64,000 nt of DNA from an uncultured Woeseiaceae bacterium (GCA_945788575.1 CALZMR010000001.1:1181-65180); one strand, 5' to 3'. Numbered from the stretch's first letter, positions 19,352 to 31,547 are shown. A program made the numbers and translations. The notes: a model not told the origin generated them from the sequence alone.

Positions 19352-20100
19352 TGCTGCTGGTGCGCTCTCTGCTGTTCAACGCCTTCGGGTTCCTGACCAT
19401 TGTCGTATTCGCCACGGTCGTTCTTCTGGCGTTCTGGGCGCCGTTTCGATTCCATTGGTGGATGTGCGTGACGTACTGCCGCTTGGCGCTGTGGGGCGCG
19501 CGGGTCATCTGCGGAATTCGGATAAAGGTCGAGGGCGCGGAGAACATTCCCGACGAACCGAGCGTAATCATGATCAAGCACACCTCCACGCTCGAGACGC
19601 TGTGGCAGGTGACGGCGTTCCCGCAGACGGCGTGGGTCATCAAGCGCGAGATTCTCTTTGCGCCGTTCTTTGGCTGGGCGATCGGGCTCGCGCTGCGGCC
19701 GATCGCCATCAATCGCGGTGGCCGCGCCGCGGCTGTTAAACAAGTCATTCGCAAAGGACGTGACAGGCTGGCTAAAGGTGTCTGGGTCACTATCTTTCCA
19801 GAGGGCACCCGCATGCCGCCGGGTGAAACCCGACGCTACGGCGTTAGTGGCGCGGCGTTGGCCGCGAAAGCCGAGTGTCGGATCGTGCCGGTTGCCCACA
19901 ACTCCGGCGATCTCTGGCGACGACGTTCTTTCGTCAAGCGACCGGGGCTGGTTACGTTCTCCATCGGCCCGCCTATCGATGCGACCACGCAATCGCCGAA
20001 GGAAACGAACGTAATCGTGCAGGACTGGGTCGAGACGAAGATGCTCGAGATATCCAGCGTCTATCAAGAGAAAAAGGCGGCCGAAGCGGCGGAGCAATAG
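19351..20100 (+). CDS. plsC: 1-acyl-sn-glycerol-3-phosphate acyltransferase
   Basis: 249 aa with an N-terminal TM, an acyltransferase block (IKHTSTLE) and FPEGTR. It overlaps the gmhB stop by 1 nt. Confidence 0.8.
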   Translation: MLLVRSLLFNAFGFLTIVVFATVVLLAFWAPFRFHWWMCVTYCRLALWGARVICGIRIKVEGAENIPDEPSVIMIKHTSTLETLWQVTAFPQTAWVIKREILFAPFFGWAIGLALRPIAINRGGRAAAVKQVIRKGRDRLAKGVWVTIFPEGTRMPPGETRRYGVSGAALAAKAECRIVPVAHNSGDLWRRRSFVKRPGLVTFSIGPPIDATTQSPKETNVIVQDWVETKMLEISSVYQEKKAAEAAEQ

Positions 20101-20130
20101 AAAAAGGGCGCCTGCGAAGGCGCCCTTTCT
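20101..20130. terminator. bidirectional rho-independent terminator between convergent plsC and the M13 peptidase gene
   Basis: aaaaaGGGCGCCtgcgaaGGCGCCCtttct: a 7-bp GC stem flanked by an A-run and a T-run. Confidence 0.75.
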
Positions 20131-20148
20131 GGTCCAGCCTTAGTCGGC

Positions 20149-22200
20149 TCACCAAATCTTGACGCGTTCCTCGGGTGGGAGAAAAAGCGCGTGCTCTTCA
20201 GTGACATCGAACGCCTCGTAGAACTCCGGCACATTGCGCACGGCCCCGTTCGCACGATACATCGACGGCGCATGCGGATTCGTCATGATCTGCTGACGTA
20301 GCGCCTCGTCGCGGTACTTGTTCCGCCAGACCTGCGCCCAGCCGAGCAGAACCCTCTGTGTGCCCGTGAATCCATCGATAACCGGCGGCTCTTCGCCGTC
20401 CAGCGACATCTGGTAGGCGAGCATGCCGATAGAGATACCGCCGAGGTCACCGATGTTTTCGCCGAGCGTGAATTCGCCGTTGACGTTCAGGTCCTCAAAC
20501 GGCGCGTACGCGGAGTATTGATCGACGAGCTGTGACGTTCGGCGTTCGAACTCCTCGAGGTCTTCGTCCGTCCACCAGTTGCGCAGAACGCCGTCACCGT
20601 CGAAGTCGCTGCCCGAGTCGTCGAAGCCATGGCCGATCTCATGACCGATAACCGCTCCGATCGCGCCGTAGTTGACGGCGTCATCCGCATCCAGGTTGAA
20701 GAACGGTGGCTGCAGAATGGCGGCCGGGAACACGATCTCGTTCAATGGCGGGCTGTAGTAGGCATTGACCGTTTGTGGCGTCATGCCCCACTCGGTGCGA
20801 TCTACTTCGCCGCCCTGACGCTCGACGTCACGATCGTAATCGGCGATCGCGGCGCGCTCCATGTTGCCAAAGTAATCGTCGGCGTGAATCTCGAGCGCTG
20901 AGTAATCGCGCCACTCGTCCGGATAACCGATTTTCGGCGTGAACTTGGACAGCTTATCCAGCGCCTGTGCGCGCGTCTCTTCCGTCATCCATTCGAGATT
21001 GGTGATGCTGTACTCGTAGGCGAGGATCAGATTCTGTACCAGCTCCAGCATCCGCTCTTTCGCCTCGGGCGGGAAATGCCGTGCGACGTAGACCTTGCCG
21101 ACGACCTCGCCGAGCGTGCCGTTAACCGCGCTCACCGCGCGGCGCCACATCGGCTGCTGTTCTTCGGTGCCGCTAAGGACCTGGCCGTAGAAAGCGAAGT
21201 TCTGCTGATCCAGCTCGGCCGTAAGCCGGCTGGCAGTATTGTTTAGCGCCGACCAGCGCAGGTAGGTCTGCCAGGTCTCGATGTCGGTATCCTGGACGAT
21301 GGCGTCCAGCGACCGGATGTAATCCGTCATATAAACGATGAGGCCGTCGATGTCGCCGATGCGCGCCTCGGAAAGCCAGCCGTCCCAATTAAAGTTGGGC
21401 ATGAGCTCGGCAAGCTCGTCGAGCGCGACCTTGTTGTAATTCGCGACCGCGTCTCTCGTATCTTCCTTGGCCATGTTGATGTCAGCGAGCCGAGTCTCCA
21501 GCGCCATGATGGTCTGCGCTGCCTCGGCGCCGCCCTCGAAGCCGGCGATATCGAACATCGCTTCGATGTGCGCAAGGTACTGCTCGCGAACCTCGATCGA
21601 CGACTCGTCTTCGAGGAAGTAGTACTCGCGGTCCGGCAGGCCGAGACCGCTCTGGAAAATGTACACGCCGTAGTGCGTCGGGATCTTGAGGTCGGGGAAC
21701 TGACTCACGCCAATCGGCGAATCGAGCCCGCGACGGATCGCGCCAGCGAAGTAGACGGCCAGATCGTCGTGGTTCTCGATGGCCGCGATGCGCTCGAGTT
21801 CCGGCTGCAGCGGGTCTACGCCAAGCGCATTGCGCGTCTCCATGTCCATGTAGGACTCGTAGAGATCGCCGACCTTCTGTTCGTCCGAGCCCTCGGGGAA
21901 GTCGCCCGTAGACGACTCCTCGATGATTGCCCGCACGTGCTCCTGCGACTCGTCACGCAGAATACCGAAACCGCCGTATGCCGCTTTGTCGCTCGGAATC
22001 TCTGTGCGGTCGATCCAGCCGCCATTCATATAGCGGAAGAAGTCGTCGCCCGGGTGCACGCTCGTGTCCATGTTCTCGATCACGAGCCCCGACATCAGCG
22101 TTGCTTCCTCGCTGACCGCATCGGCCGTTGTCTCTGCGGTTTGCTGGCCGCATGCTGCCAACGCCGTCGCCATGACGGCGGCAATAAGTCGTCGTTTCAC
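20149..22200 (-). CDS. M13 family zinc metallopeptidase (PepO / endothelin-converting-enzyme-like) lipoprotein
   Basis: 683 aa with a lipobox (LAACG), HEIGHGFD (HExxH) and a downstream GENIGDLGG (ExxxD region). Confidence 0.9.
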   Translation of the reverse strand: MKRRLIAAVMATALAACGQQTAETTADAVSEEATLMSGLVIENMDTSVHPGDDFFRYMNGGWIDRTEIPSDKAAYGGFGILRDESQEHVRAIIEESSTGDFPEGSDEQKVGDLYESYMDMETRNALGVDPLQPELERIAAIENHDDLAVYFAGAIRRGLDSPIGVSQFPDLKIPTHYGVYIFQSGLGLPDREYYFLEDESSIEVREQYLAHIEAMFDIAGFEGGAEAAQTIMALETRLADINMAKEDTRDAVANYNKVALDELAELMPNFNWDGWLSEARIGDIDGLIVYMTDYIRSLDAIVQDTDIETWQTYLRWSALNNTASRLTAELDQQNFAFYGQVLSGTEEQQPMWRRAVSAVNGTLGEVVGKVYVARHFPPEAKERMLELVQNLILAYEYSITNLEWMTEETRAQALDKLSKFTPKIGYPDEWRDYSALEIHADDYFGNMERAAIADYDRDVERQGGEVDRTEWGMTPQTVNAYYSPPLNEIVFPAAILQPPFFNLDADDAVNYGAIGAVIGHEIGHGFDDSGSDFDGDGVLRNWWTDEDLEEFERRTSQLVDQYSAYAPFEDLNVNGEFTLGENIGDLGGISIGMLAYQMSLDGEEPPVIDGFTGTQRVLLGWAQVWRNKYRDEALRQQIMTNPHAPSMYRANGAVRNVPEFYEAFDVTEEHALFLPPEERVKIW

Positions 22201-22233
22201 GTCTTTCCCCTCGTTCCAGCCCGGATGGGCCGC

Positions 22234-22662
22234 TCAGTTGTCCTCGCCTTCCGGAAGGAAGACTTCATCACCCGGCGCATCGCCGAGCTCACGGAGTTCT
22301 TTGCGCTGCTCTTCCGTGATCACGTAGAAGGTGCCGATCCTGCAACCGCGGATCGTGTCGAACCTTGCGCGCAGCCATGTCGTGTCGCGCCGCTCATCCA
22401 TCATATTTTCGGTGAACGTCTGCCGGAGCTCACGGCACTCGCTAATGAACTCGGCCAGATAGTCGCCCCTGCGTGTCGGTATCGTCACGAAGTAGTCGTT
22501 GATGTAGGTATAGCTCAGCTGGTTGCTCCGCCGGATTCGATCAACCTCTTCGAGATCGTTCGCGGCAACGTAGTCCCGTACTGCCTCGATCTCCTGTGGA
22601 TTGTAGCCCGTCACGCAGCCCGTGAGCGCAAGCGCTGTAAGCAATAGTGCTGTCTTCTTCAT
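22234..22662 (-). CDS. small lipoprotein, paralog 1 of 4 (two conserved Cys; uncharacterised family)
   Basis: 142 aa from ATG 22662. Lipobox LTGC. Motifs DYLAEFISECRELR and FDTIRGCRIGTFYV are shared with the three upstream genes. Confidence 0.65.
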   Translation of the reverse strand: MKKTALLLTALALTGCVTGYNPQEIEAVRDYVAANDLEEVDRIRRSNQLSYTYINDYFVTIPTRRGDYLAEFISECRELRQTFTENMMDERRDTTWLRARFDTIRGCRIGTFYVITEEQRKELRELGDAPGDEVFLPEGEDN

Positions 22663-22678
22663 GGCAGGTTTCCCCTCG

Positions 22679-23116
22679 TTACGGTTCCTGCGTTTGGATT
22701 GGACCTGAATTATCGTCAGTGGTTTCAGGTTCTTCGGGCGGCAAGCGATGAATCGCGATGATCCGGCAATCCCGGATCGTGTCGATGCCGGCGCGTATTC
22801 TGCCCGGACTTCCGCGGAAGTCCGGAAAGTGGGTTCGAGTATAGGCCTCGACCAGCGCCGGACAATCGTTTTCTGTCTCGAGTAGATACCAGTCCGTGCC
22901 GACTCTTGTCGTCGCGTACCGGGTGTTGGCCCGATAGATTCGTATCGCCCCGGTGACGCGAATGGATGGGACAGATTCGAGCTCCATTTCGCGGATGAGA
23001 GCGGCCGTTTCCTCCGGATCACCCGACACTGTCTCGGTGGCCCCACAGCCGCCGAGGGTCGCGAAACCGGCCAGTAAGGCGGAGCAGATTCCAACCCCAG
23101 GCGTCATCGACTTCAT
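22679..23116 (-). CDS. small lipoprotein, paralog 2 of 4
   Basis: 145 aa from ATG 23116. Lipobox LGGC. Motifs WYLLETENDCPAL and IDTIRDCRIIAIHRL. Its ATGA overlaps the stop of paralog 3. Confidence 0.65.
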   Translation of the reverse strand: MKSMTPGVGICSALLAGFATLGGCGATETVSGDPEETAALIREMELESVPSIRVTGAIRIYRANTRYATTRVGTDWYLLETENDCPALVEAYTRTHFPDFRGSPGRIRAGIDTIRDCRIIAIHRLPPEEPETTDDNSGPIQTQEP

Positions 23117-23529
23117 TCTTCCGGCGCGCCGTTTTCGACAGCTTCCTCCAACGGCGGCAGCACGTAGATTGCGCTGATTCGGCATCCGCGCAGCGTGTCG
23201 GCCCGAGTTCTCAGGCGGCCCCGCATTCGTCGCTCGTCTATCATGTCTGAATGGGGTGTCCCGGCCATGAGCGGCCGGCACAAGCTCTTGGTTTCCAGCA
23301 GGAAGCGTCCGGCGTTTGTTTCCAGGATCGCGTAGCGCATATTGATCGGCTCGTAGCGGAGTGGCTCGGCGTAACGTACGTAGTTCAAGCTCTCGAGCTG
23401 TAAAGCCTGAATATAGGCGTGCGTTTCTGCAATTCGCGGATCGACCTCGTATTCGTCGATCGGTTCGTTTGTCGCGCAGGACGACAAGAGAATGGCAATA
23501 ATCGAGAAAACTGCGAGCCGCGCGAGCAC
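23113..23529 (-). CDS. small lipoprotein, paralog 3 of 4
   Basis: 138 aa. Lipobox LSSC. Motifs RFLLETKSLCRPL and ADTLRGCRISAIYVL. Confidence 0.65.
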   Translation of the reverse strand: MLARLAVFSIIAILLSSCATNEPIDEYEVDPRIAETHAYIQALQLESLNYVRYAEPLRYEPINMRYAILETNAGRFLLETKSLCRPLMAGTPHSDMIDERRMRGRLRTRADTLRGCRISAIYVLPPLEEAVENGAPEE

Positions 23530-23535
23530 CGCCGG

Positions 23536-23994
23536 TTACTCCTCTCCGTTGGTTGGCACCGGCTGGGAGTCGTCGGTGCCGCCAGCTAATGCGTTGAGGT
23601 TGTAGATCGCCGCTATTCTGCAGTTTCGAATGTAGTCGACGCCGGGAACGAGCCGCCGAGCCAGGGCGCCGCTCGAGGACTGCCGGCCAATGAACTCCAC
23701 GCCCTCATCATTTCCCCGGACCGTTAGAGCTCGGCATGGCCGGTCCGTTTCCAGTAAGTACCGGCCATCGTCTGTCTGGATTTCGGCGAACCACTCATTG
23801 CTGCCAAGGACCTGCATGGTCCCGCGCAAATAGATCCAATCCATGGGGCGCGCATTGTTCTCCGCTAGAAACGATCGTGTCGCGGCGGCTTGTTCGCTGG
23901 CTGCCGCTTCGGTGTCGGTCGAGGAAGCTGTCTGCGGCTGCGTCGCACACCCACACAGAACGGCGAGTACGACTAATGCGAATGTCAGATTCAT
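23536..23994 (-). CDS. small lipoprotein, paralog 4 of 4
   Basis: 152 aa. Lipobox LCGC. Motifs RYLLETDRPCRAL and VDYIRNCRIAAIYNL. Confidence 0.65.
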   Translation of the reverse strand: MNLTFALVVLAVLCGCATQPQTASSTDTEAAASEQAAATRSFLAENNARPMDWIYLRGTMQVLGSNEWFAEIQTDDGRYLLETDRPCRALTVRGNDEGVEFIGRQSSSGALARRLVPGVDYIRNCRIAAIYNLNALAGGTDDSQPVPTNGEE

Positions 23995-23998
23995 GCGC

Positions 23999-24933
23999 TT
24001 AACGCTCCTCCGCGTACAAGGCCTCTATCCACTTTACGACGTTCGGGTGATCTTCGCACCAGCGCTCGACGTCGGCGCGCATCTGCGCGGGCATCCGCTC
24101 CCGATCGAGGCGGACCGACTCGGCCTTGCCGCCTCCGTAGCCGTCAGGCTGTAGCCAGGGGCCGCACAGCGCGGCGAACGTGTAATCCGTGTAGTTTCTG
24201 TCGCCACCGAGTATCGACGTGCGGCCGTCGGCCAGTTGCGTCTCTACGCCATCGAGCAAATCGGCAATGCGCTCAGTCGACCTCTGGTAGCTCGACTGTG
24301 AAATGCGGAATGAGCGTCGAATGAGGAATACCTGAATCGGAAACAGGACCCTGAGTGACCAGCGCTGCCACAGCGGGACGGCGGGATCGTTGGCGCCCCA
24401 GGCGTGCAGCGTAAGCGCTCGATGGTCGAGTATGTGGTAGTAAATCCAGACCTGCAGGCTGGCGCCGAACCTGTCGAGCCTCCTCTCGAACTCCAGACGC
24501 TCGGGTGTGGGCTCGAGGTGGGCGGTGGTATCCGGATTGCTGGCCGAGTAAGCACCCCACAGATACCGCAGGATCTCGGCGGAGTTGCCGATTTGCGAGC
24601 GGACCGCCCCGGTCTTCATCCTGAGGCGCGGCACGGTACGGCCGGTGTAGAACGCGCCGAGCGTGCCGCCGGCGGGCAGCTCGACGTACTCGATACCTGC
24701 AACGTCCATGTTCCAGCGAACCTTCTCGACGAAGTGGCTGATCGGGATCGTTTCCAGGACGACTTGCGGCGCCGTGTCGGGCAGCACGAACGTGCTGAGG
24801 GAAATCGCCCACCGCCAGAGCAGCATGATGATGACGATCAGCGCAGCCGTCAGCGCAGACCAGCCAAATGCCGCGACGACGATCGGCAGCAGGAATAGTG
24901 CGATCGCGTGAACGAGCGCGCGCTTGTTGATCA

Positions 24934-24934
<1 letters not shown>
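23999..24934 (-). CDS. membrane-anchored glutathione S-transferase-like protein
   Basis: 311 aa from ATG 24934, which overlaps the gyrB stop (TGATG). It has two N-terminal hydrophobic helices followed by a thioredoxin-like GST N-domain pattern (ISHFVEKVRW, RTVPRL, IGNSAEILRYL) and a helical C-domain. Confidence 0.6.
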
Positions 24935-27372
<2,438 letters not shown>

Positions 27373-27399
27373 TCAGGTTTCCCGGGCGTTAACCGGAGC

Positions 27400-27408
27400 A
27401 TTGTACCA
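27400..27408 (-). promoter_or_regulatory. candidate extended -10 element (TGgTACAAT) for gyrB
   Basis: The minus strand reads ttTGGTACAATgctcc, about 27 nt upstream of the gyrB ATG. No convincing -35 is present. Confidence 0.35.
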
Positions 27409-27614
27409 AAATGAGCCACGTAAAGGGCTCTGAAAGCCTTTATTTGCAAGGGTTTTTGGCTAGATCGAGGCATGCTTTTGCGGGCCCGCATTGCGCGGTT
27501 CCAAAGTCCGCACGAGGCCCGCCCAAGAGCCGCGACCGGAGCTGCGGCCGCGATGGACGCCGAACCAGGAAACCTCGCCTCGCCTGCCGAATTCGAGCGG
27601 CCTGGCAGCGGCTG

Positions 27615-28673
27615 TCAGACCCGAGTCAGGCGGCCGTGTTCCACGTGAAACGTGGCCGGGCTCTCGGGAAACTCGAGCACGTTCGGCTCCAGTGCCGTCG
27701 CGATGACCTGTGAGCCCAGGGCAAAGACCTGCAACAAGAGGCGACTCAGCGAGTCCTGGTCCAGCTCTGCCGCTGGGTCGTCGAGCAGCAACATCAAAGG
27801 CCGCTCGAGCGCGCTTTGGACGACCTCCGTCGCGCCGAGGATCATCGATGACGCAAGAAGCTTTTGCTGGCCCCGCGACACAAGACGTCTGGCCTGCCGA
27901 TCGTCGTAGACCAGCCGGATATCGGCCCGGTGCGGCCCGGCCCCCGTCGCCCCCTGGGTGAGGTCCCTCTCGCGCGCGTCGGCGATTGCCTCCGCCAGAC
28001 TCTTTCCCTCAGTCCAGCCGCTTCGGTACTCGAACCCGACCGGCGCCCCAAGTAACGCCTCCCCCTGCTCTTCAAGGCTGGACGTGCAAAGGTCCAGAAT
28101 CGACCGACGAACCCGGTCTACCTTCTCTCCCAGCGAGACGAACTCCGTGTCCCACGCCGCAAGCCCGCGGCCGCCATCTCTGAGCGCCGCATTGCGCTGC
28201 TTCAGCGCCCGGCGAAACTGCCGCCACAGGCCCAGAAACTCGTGTTCCACGTGAAACGCGATCCAGTCGAGATAGCGCCGGCGCCCTTCCGGGCCGCCGC
28301 TCACGAGACTGTGAACCTCCGGATCAATGACCTGCAGAGGGAGCGCCTCGGCCAGCGCAGCGGATCCAAGGCCAGCTTCACCGTCGACGCGGATCTCCAG
28401 CCCCTCGCTGCTGTTACCCACACCGATGCTCCGCAGCCGCCCGCCATTCTCGGCCTTGCCGAACAGCGTGAACGATCCTTCCCCGTGCCGAATCAGCGAC
28501 GCAGTGGGCGCACTCCGAAACGACTTGCCCCGACCCAAATACGCCAATGCCTCGAGCAAACTCGTCTTGCCCGAGGCGTTGGCGCCATAGATCAAATTGA
28601 ATTGTCGATCCGCCTCGAACTCGACGCTCTCGAGACAGCGAAAGTTCTCCGCCCGAAACAGCTGGATAGGCAC
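27615..28673 (-). CDS. recF: DNA replication and repair protein RecF
   Basis: 352 aa with a GTG start, Walker A GANASGKTSLLEA, signature GQQKLL and Walker B LLLDDPAAELD. Confidence 0.92.
   Translation of the reverse strand: MPIQLFRAENFRCLESVEFEADRQFNLIYGANASGKTSLLEALAYLGRGKSFRSAPTASLIRHGEGSFTLFGKAENGGRLRSIGVGNSSEGLEIRVDGEAGLGSAALAEALPLQVIDPEVHSLVSGGPEGRRRYLDWIAFHVEHEFLGLWRQFRRALKQRNAALRDGGRGLAAWDTEFVSLGEKVDRVRRSILDLCTSSLEEQGEALLGAPVGFEYRSGWTEGKSLAEAIADARERDLTQGATGAGPHRADIRLVYDDRQARRLVSRGQQKLLASSMILGATEVVQSALERPLMLLLDDPAAELDQDSLSRLLLQVFALGSQVIATALEPNVLEFPESPATFHVEHGRLTRV
27637..27652. other. parS-like centromere site 1 (TGTTCCACGTGAAACG), inside recF
   Basis: It matches 15 of the 16 positions of the TGTTNCACGTGAAACA consensus (14 of 15 specified bases). 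An identical 16-mer recurs at 28243. Confidence 0.6.
28243..28258. other. parS-like centromere site 2 (TGTTCCACGTGAAACG), inside recF
   Basis: This 16-mer is identical to site 1 and lies 606 bp away. Confidence 0.6.
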
Positions 28674-28691
28674 AGCGGGGGCGGTGTGCGC

Positions 28692-29789
28692 CTAGAGACG
28701 CATCGGCATGACAACGAACTTGTTGTCGTCGTTCTCCGGCTCACGCACGAGACAGCTGGAATTCGAATCGACGACAGACAGGGTCACCGTCTCACCGTCA
28801 ACCGCTCCAATGGCGTCCAGAAGGTAATTCACGTTGAAGCCGATCTCGATGTCGTCTCCGCTGTACTCCACCTCGACCTCTTCCTCGGCCTCCTCCTGCT
28901 CAGGATTGTGTGCCTGCAGCACAACCCCCGAGTCTCGGATGATTAGTCTGATTCCACGATACTTCTCGTTCGACAGAATGGCGGTGCGCTGCAGCGCGCT
29001 TCTGATGACACCCTTGTCCGCCGTCAGTTGATTGCTGGATTCCTGCGGAATGACCCGCTCGTACTCCGGGAAACGTCCGTCGATTAGCTTCGAAGTGAAG
29101 CGAATTCCGTCTAACTGTATGCGAACGTGATTTGCGCCGAGCTGGATATCCAAGTCCCCTTCGCCACCCATGAGCCGAGACAATTCCAGCACGCCCTTCC
29201 TCGGCACGATAACTTGCTGCTCAGAAAGGTCACCGCCGTCCAACTCCGCCTGAGACAACGCCAGACGGTGACCATCCGTCGCCACCGCCCGAAGAAATTT
29301 CCCGCCGGTCTCCAGCAGCATGCCATTGAGGTAGTAACGAACGTCCTGCTGCGCCATCGAAAAGTGCGTCTTCTCGATAAGCCGGGCCACGATATTTTGC
29401 GGCACCGTGATCGTTTGCTCGGCCTTGATGTCCTCCACCGTCGGAAACTCCGCGGCGGGCAGCGTCGTCAATGAGAACTTCGATCGCCCGGAGCGAACGA
29501 TGAGCTTCTCCCCCGTCAACGAAACACCGACGCTCGCCCCGTCAGGCAGCGCCTTACAGATATCAAGAAGCTTCCGCCCTGACACAGTGATTTCTCCGCC
29601 GGTTTCTACGTCAACCTCAGCGTGAGCCACCAGCTCGACTTCCAAATCCGTCGCCGTAATTGACAGCTCACCGCCACGCGCAACGAGCAACACGTTGGAG
29701 AGAATCGGCATCGTCTGCCTGCGTTCAACAACCCCGATTACAGCCTGCAGCGGCTTGACGAGCACGTCACGCTCAGCGCTCAATTTCAT
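28692..29789 (-). CDS. dnaN: DNA polymerase III beta sliding clamp
   Basis: 365 aa from ATG 29789 (MKLSAERDVLVKPLQAVIGVVERRQTMPILSNVLL). The tracked ORF adds 3 codons from an upstream GTG. Confidence 0.95.
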   Translation of the reverse strand: MKLSAERDVLVKPLQAVIGVVERRQTMPILSNVLLVARGGELSITATDLEVELVAHAEVDVETGGEITVSGRKLLDICKALPDGASVGVSLTGEKLIVRSGRSKFSLTTLPAAEFPTVEDIKAEQTITVPQNIVARLIEKTHFSMAQQDVRYYLNGMLLETGGKFLRAVATDGHRLALSQAELDGGDLSEQQVIVPRKGVLELSRLMGGEGDLDIQLGANHVRIQLDGIRFTSKLIDGRFPEYERVIPQESSNQLTADKGVIRSALQRTAILSNEKYRGIRLIIRDSGVVLQAHNPEQEEAEEEVEVEYSGDDIEIGFNVNYLLDAIGAVDGETVTLSVVDSNSSCLVREPENDDNKFVVMPMRL

Positions 29790-29854
29790 ACGTTCCACCT
29801 GTTAATAAATATTGGAATAATTACTTTATTATTATTATTAAGCGACCCAAGTCC

Positions 29855-29863
29855 TGTGCATAA
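29855..29863. promoter_or_regulatory. DnaA box, 8/9 match (TGTGCATAA)
   Basis: It differs at one position from TGTGGATAA and lies inside the AT-rich half of the spacer. Confidence 0.45.
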
Positions 29864-29952
29864 CTTTTTTAATTCTTTTAAAAACAATATCTTATGCTTG
29901 ATTTCGGTGGTCCCTAACCGCTTGGGCAATGGTCCACCACCTGTGTGCGACC

Positions 29953-29961
29953 TGTGGATAA
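29953..29961. promoter_or_regulatory. perfect DnaA box (TGTGGATAA, the complement of TTATCCACA)
   Basis: Exact 9/9 match. Confidence 0.65.
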
Positions 29962-29987
29962 GAAACTGCGTGGGAACTGTACCCAGC

Positions 29988-29996
29988 TTATCCACA
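29988..29996. promoter_or_regulatory. perfect DnaA box (TTATCCACA) abutting the dnaA stop codon
   Basis: Exact 9/9 match, in inverted orientation relative to 29953-29961. Confidence 0.65.
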
Positions 29997-31346
29997 TCAT
30001 CCTGTCAGAGTTCTCAACAAATTCAAATAGTCGTCATCGACCCGCTTTTCCGTCTCGCGCAGACCCTCTATCCGGCGGCACCCGTGCAAAACCGTGGTGT
30101 GGTCCCGGCCGCCAAATGCGTCGCCGATCTCGGGAAGGCTGTGGTTTGTCAGTTCCTTGGCAAGGGCCATGGCAAATTGCCTCGGCCTCGCGATTGACCG
30201 GCTTCGTTTCTTCGACAACAGGTCCGCAACCCGGATCTTGAAGTAGTCTGCCACGGTCTTCTGGATGTTCTCGATCGACACCAGTCGCTCCTGTAAGGCC
30301 AGCAGATCTCTGAGCGCCTCTTTGGCAAAGTCGAGATTGATCGGCCGGCCGGTGAACCGGGAGTTTGCGATCACCCGACGCAGAGCACCCTCCAGCTCGC
30401 GGACATTCGAGCGAATGCGCTTCGCTATGAAGAACGCAACCTCTTCCGGAAGCTCGACTTTATCCGCACTCGCTTTGCTCATCAAAATCGCCACGGAGGT
30501 CTCGAGCTCCGGCGGCTCGATGGCAACCGTCAGCCCCCAGCCGAAGCGTGATTTCAAGCGCTCCTCGAGGCCGTTGACCTCCTTGGGGTAACGGTCGCAG
30601 GTCAGCACGATCTGACGCTGGCCCTCCAGAAGGGCGTTGAAGGTGTGGAAAAACTCCTCCTGCGATCGCTCCTTGCCGGCAAAAAACTGGATATCGTCGA
30701 TCAACAGGGCGTCGAGGGAACGGTAGGTACGCTTGAACTCGGAAATCCGATTATGTTGCAGGCCCCGGACCATATCGCCGACGAAGCGCTCGGAGTGCAC
30801 GTAAGCGACCCGGGCACCGGGCTTCTCGGCCAGGATGGCGTTGCCCACGGCATGCATCAGGTGGGTTTTACCGAGGCCCACACCGCCGTAAATGAACAAA
30901 GGATTGTAGGACGTGCCCGGATTCTGGCCGACCTGTATGGCCGCGGCTCGAGCAAGCTGATTGCTCTTGCCCTCAACGAAGCTGGCGAACGTAAACGACG
31001 GGCTGAGCCGCGACGCAATCGATGGTGAGGCGGCGGCCTTCGACCGGGCGACGGACGGAGCGGGTGCTGCAACGGCCGGCTTGTCCCGGGATCCGACCTC
31101 CACGACCACCTCGGTCTTGGATCCATCCACGAGCTCGAGGATCCGCTCTATGTAGTGTTCCTGCAGCCAATCGACCACAAACCGATTCGGCGCCAGCAGC
31201 CTAAGCTGCCCCTCATCTTCGATCGCCTGCAGCGGCCGGATCCAGGTATTGAATTGCTGCTCTGGAAGCTCCGCTTTCAGGTCGCGGATGCAACGGTTCC
31301 AGAGCGTTGTTTCGGCCGGCAAGAGGGTCCCCCTAAGACTCATCAT
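29997..31346 (-). CDS. dnaA: chromosomal replication initiator protein DnaA
   Basis: 449 aa from ATG 31346 ([65 protein letters not shown]-terminal [12 protein letters not shown]). The 193-codon upstream extension of the tracked ORF is rejected. Confidence 0.96.
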   Translation of the reverse strand: MMSLRGTLLPAETTLWNRCIRDLKAELPEQQFNTWIRPLQAIEDEGQLRLLAPNRFVVDWLQEHYIERILELVDGSKTEVVVEVGSRDKPAVAAPAPSVARSKAAASPSIASRLSPSFTFASFVEGKSNQLARAAAIQVGQNPGTSYNPLFIYGGVGLGKTHLMHAVGNAILAEKPGARVAYVHSERFVGDMVRGLQHNRISEFKRTYRSLDALLIDDIQFFAGKERSQEEFFHTFNALLEGQRQIVLTCDRYPKEVNGLEERLKSRFGWGLTVAIEPPELETSVAILMSKASADKVELPEEVAFFIAKRIRSNVRELEGALRRVIANSRFTGRPINLDFAKEALRDLLALQERLVSIENIQKTVADYFKIRVADLLSKKRSRSIARPRQFAMALAKELTNHSLPEIGDAFGGRDHTTVLHGCRRIEGLRETEKRVDDDYLNLLRTLTG

Positions 31347-31547
31347 GGCAGATAACAGCGCATGAAGACGGGGCAGTCTATACTCGTTTGCGGCTGCTCG
31401 CCACAGCCCGTCCGGGCGACGCCGAAATCGCCGCAAACCCTTAAGTTGACGCGGTCTATTGACTCGGCTGGGGGTGCCGCGTACCCTTGCCGCCCTTTCG
31501 ACGTGCAGGGCATTTTTCGCCCTCCGCAGACCCTGGGTTTTAGGCAC

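Larger units (their letters stand above)
29790..29996. other. candidate chromosomal replication origin (oriC) in the dnaA-dnaN spacer
   Basis: The 207-bp spacer has a strongly AT-rich left half (ttaataaatattggaataattactttattattattattaag ... cttttttaattcttttaaaaacaatatc) in an otherwise high-GC window. It contains two perfect DnaA boxes in inverted orientation and one 8/9 box. Confidence 0.55.

Noticed and set aside
27411-27713. A 100-aa ORF lies in the gyrB-recF spacer.
   Set aside because: Its composition is Arg-rich, it has no RBS, and it runs into the recF 3' end on the opposite strand. The spacer is better explained as the gyrB promoter region.
31347-31547. The rpmH-dnaA spacer was considered as a Pseudomonas-type oriC.
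   Set aside because: It has only one weak DnaA-box-like sequence (ttatctgcc) and no AT-rich tract. It looks like ordinary divergent promoters (for example TTGACT-N17-TACCCT for rpmH).
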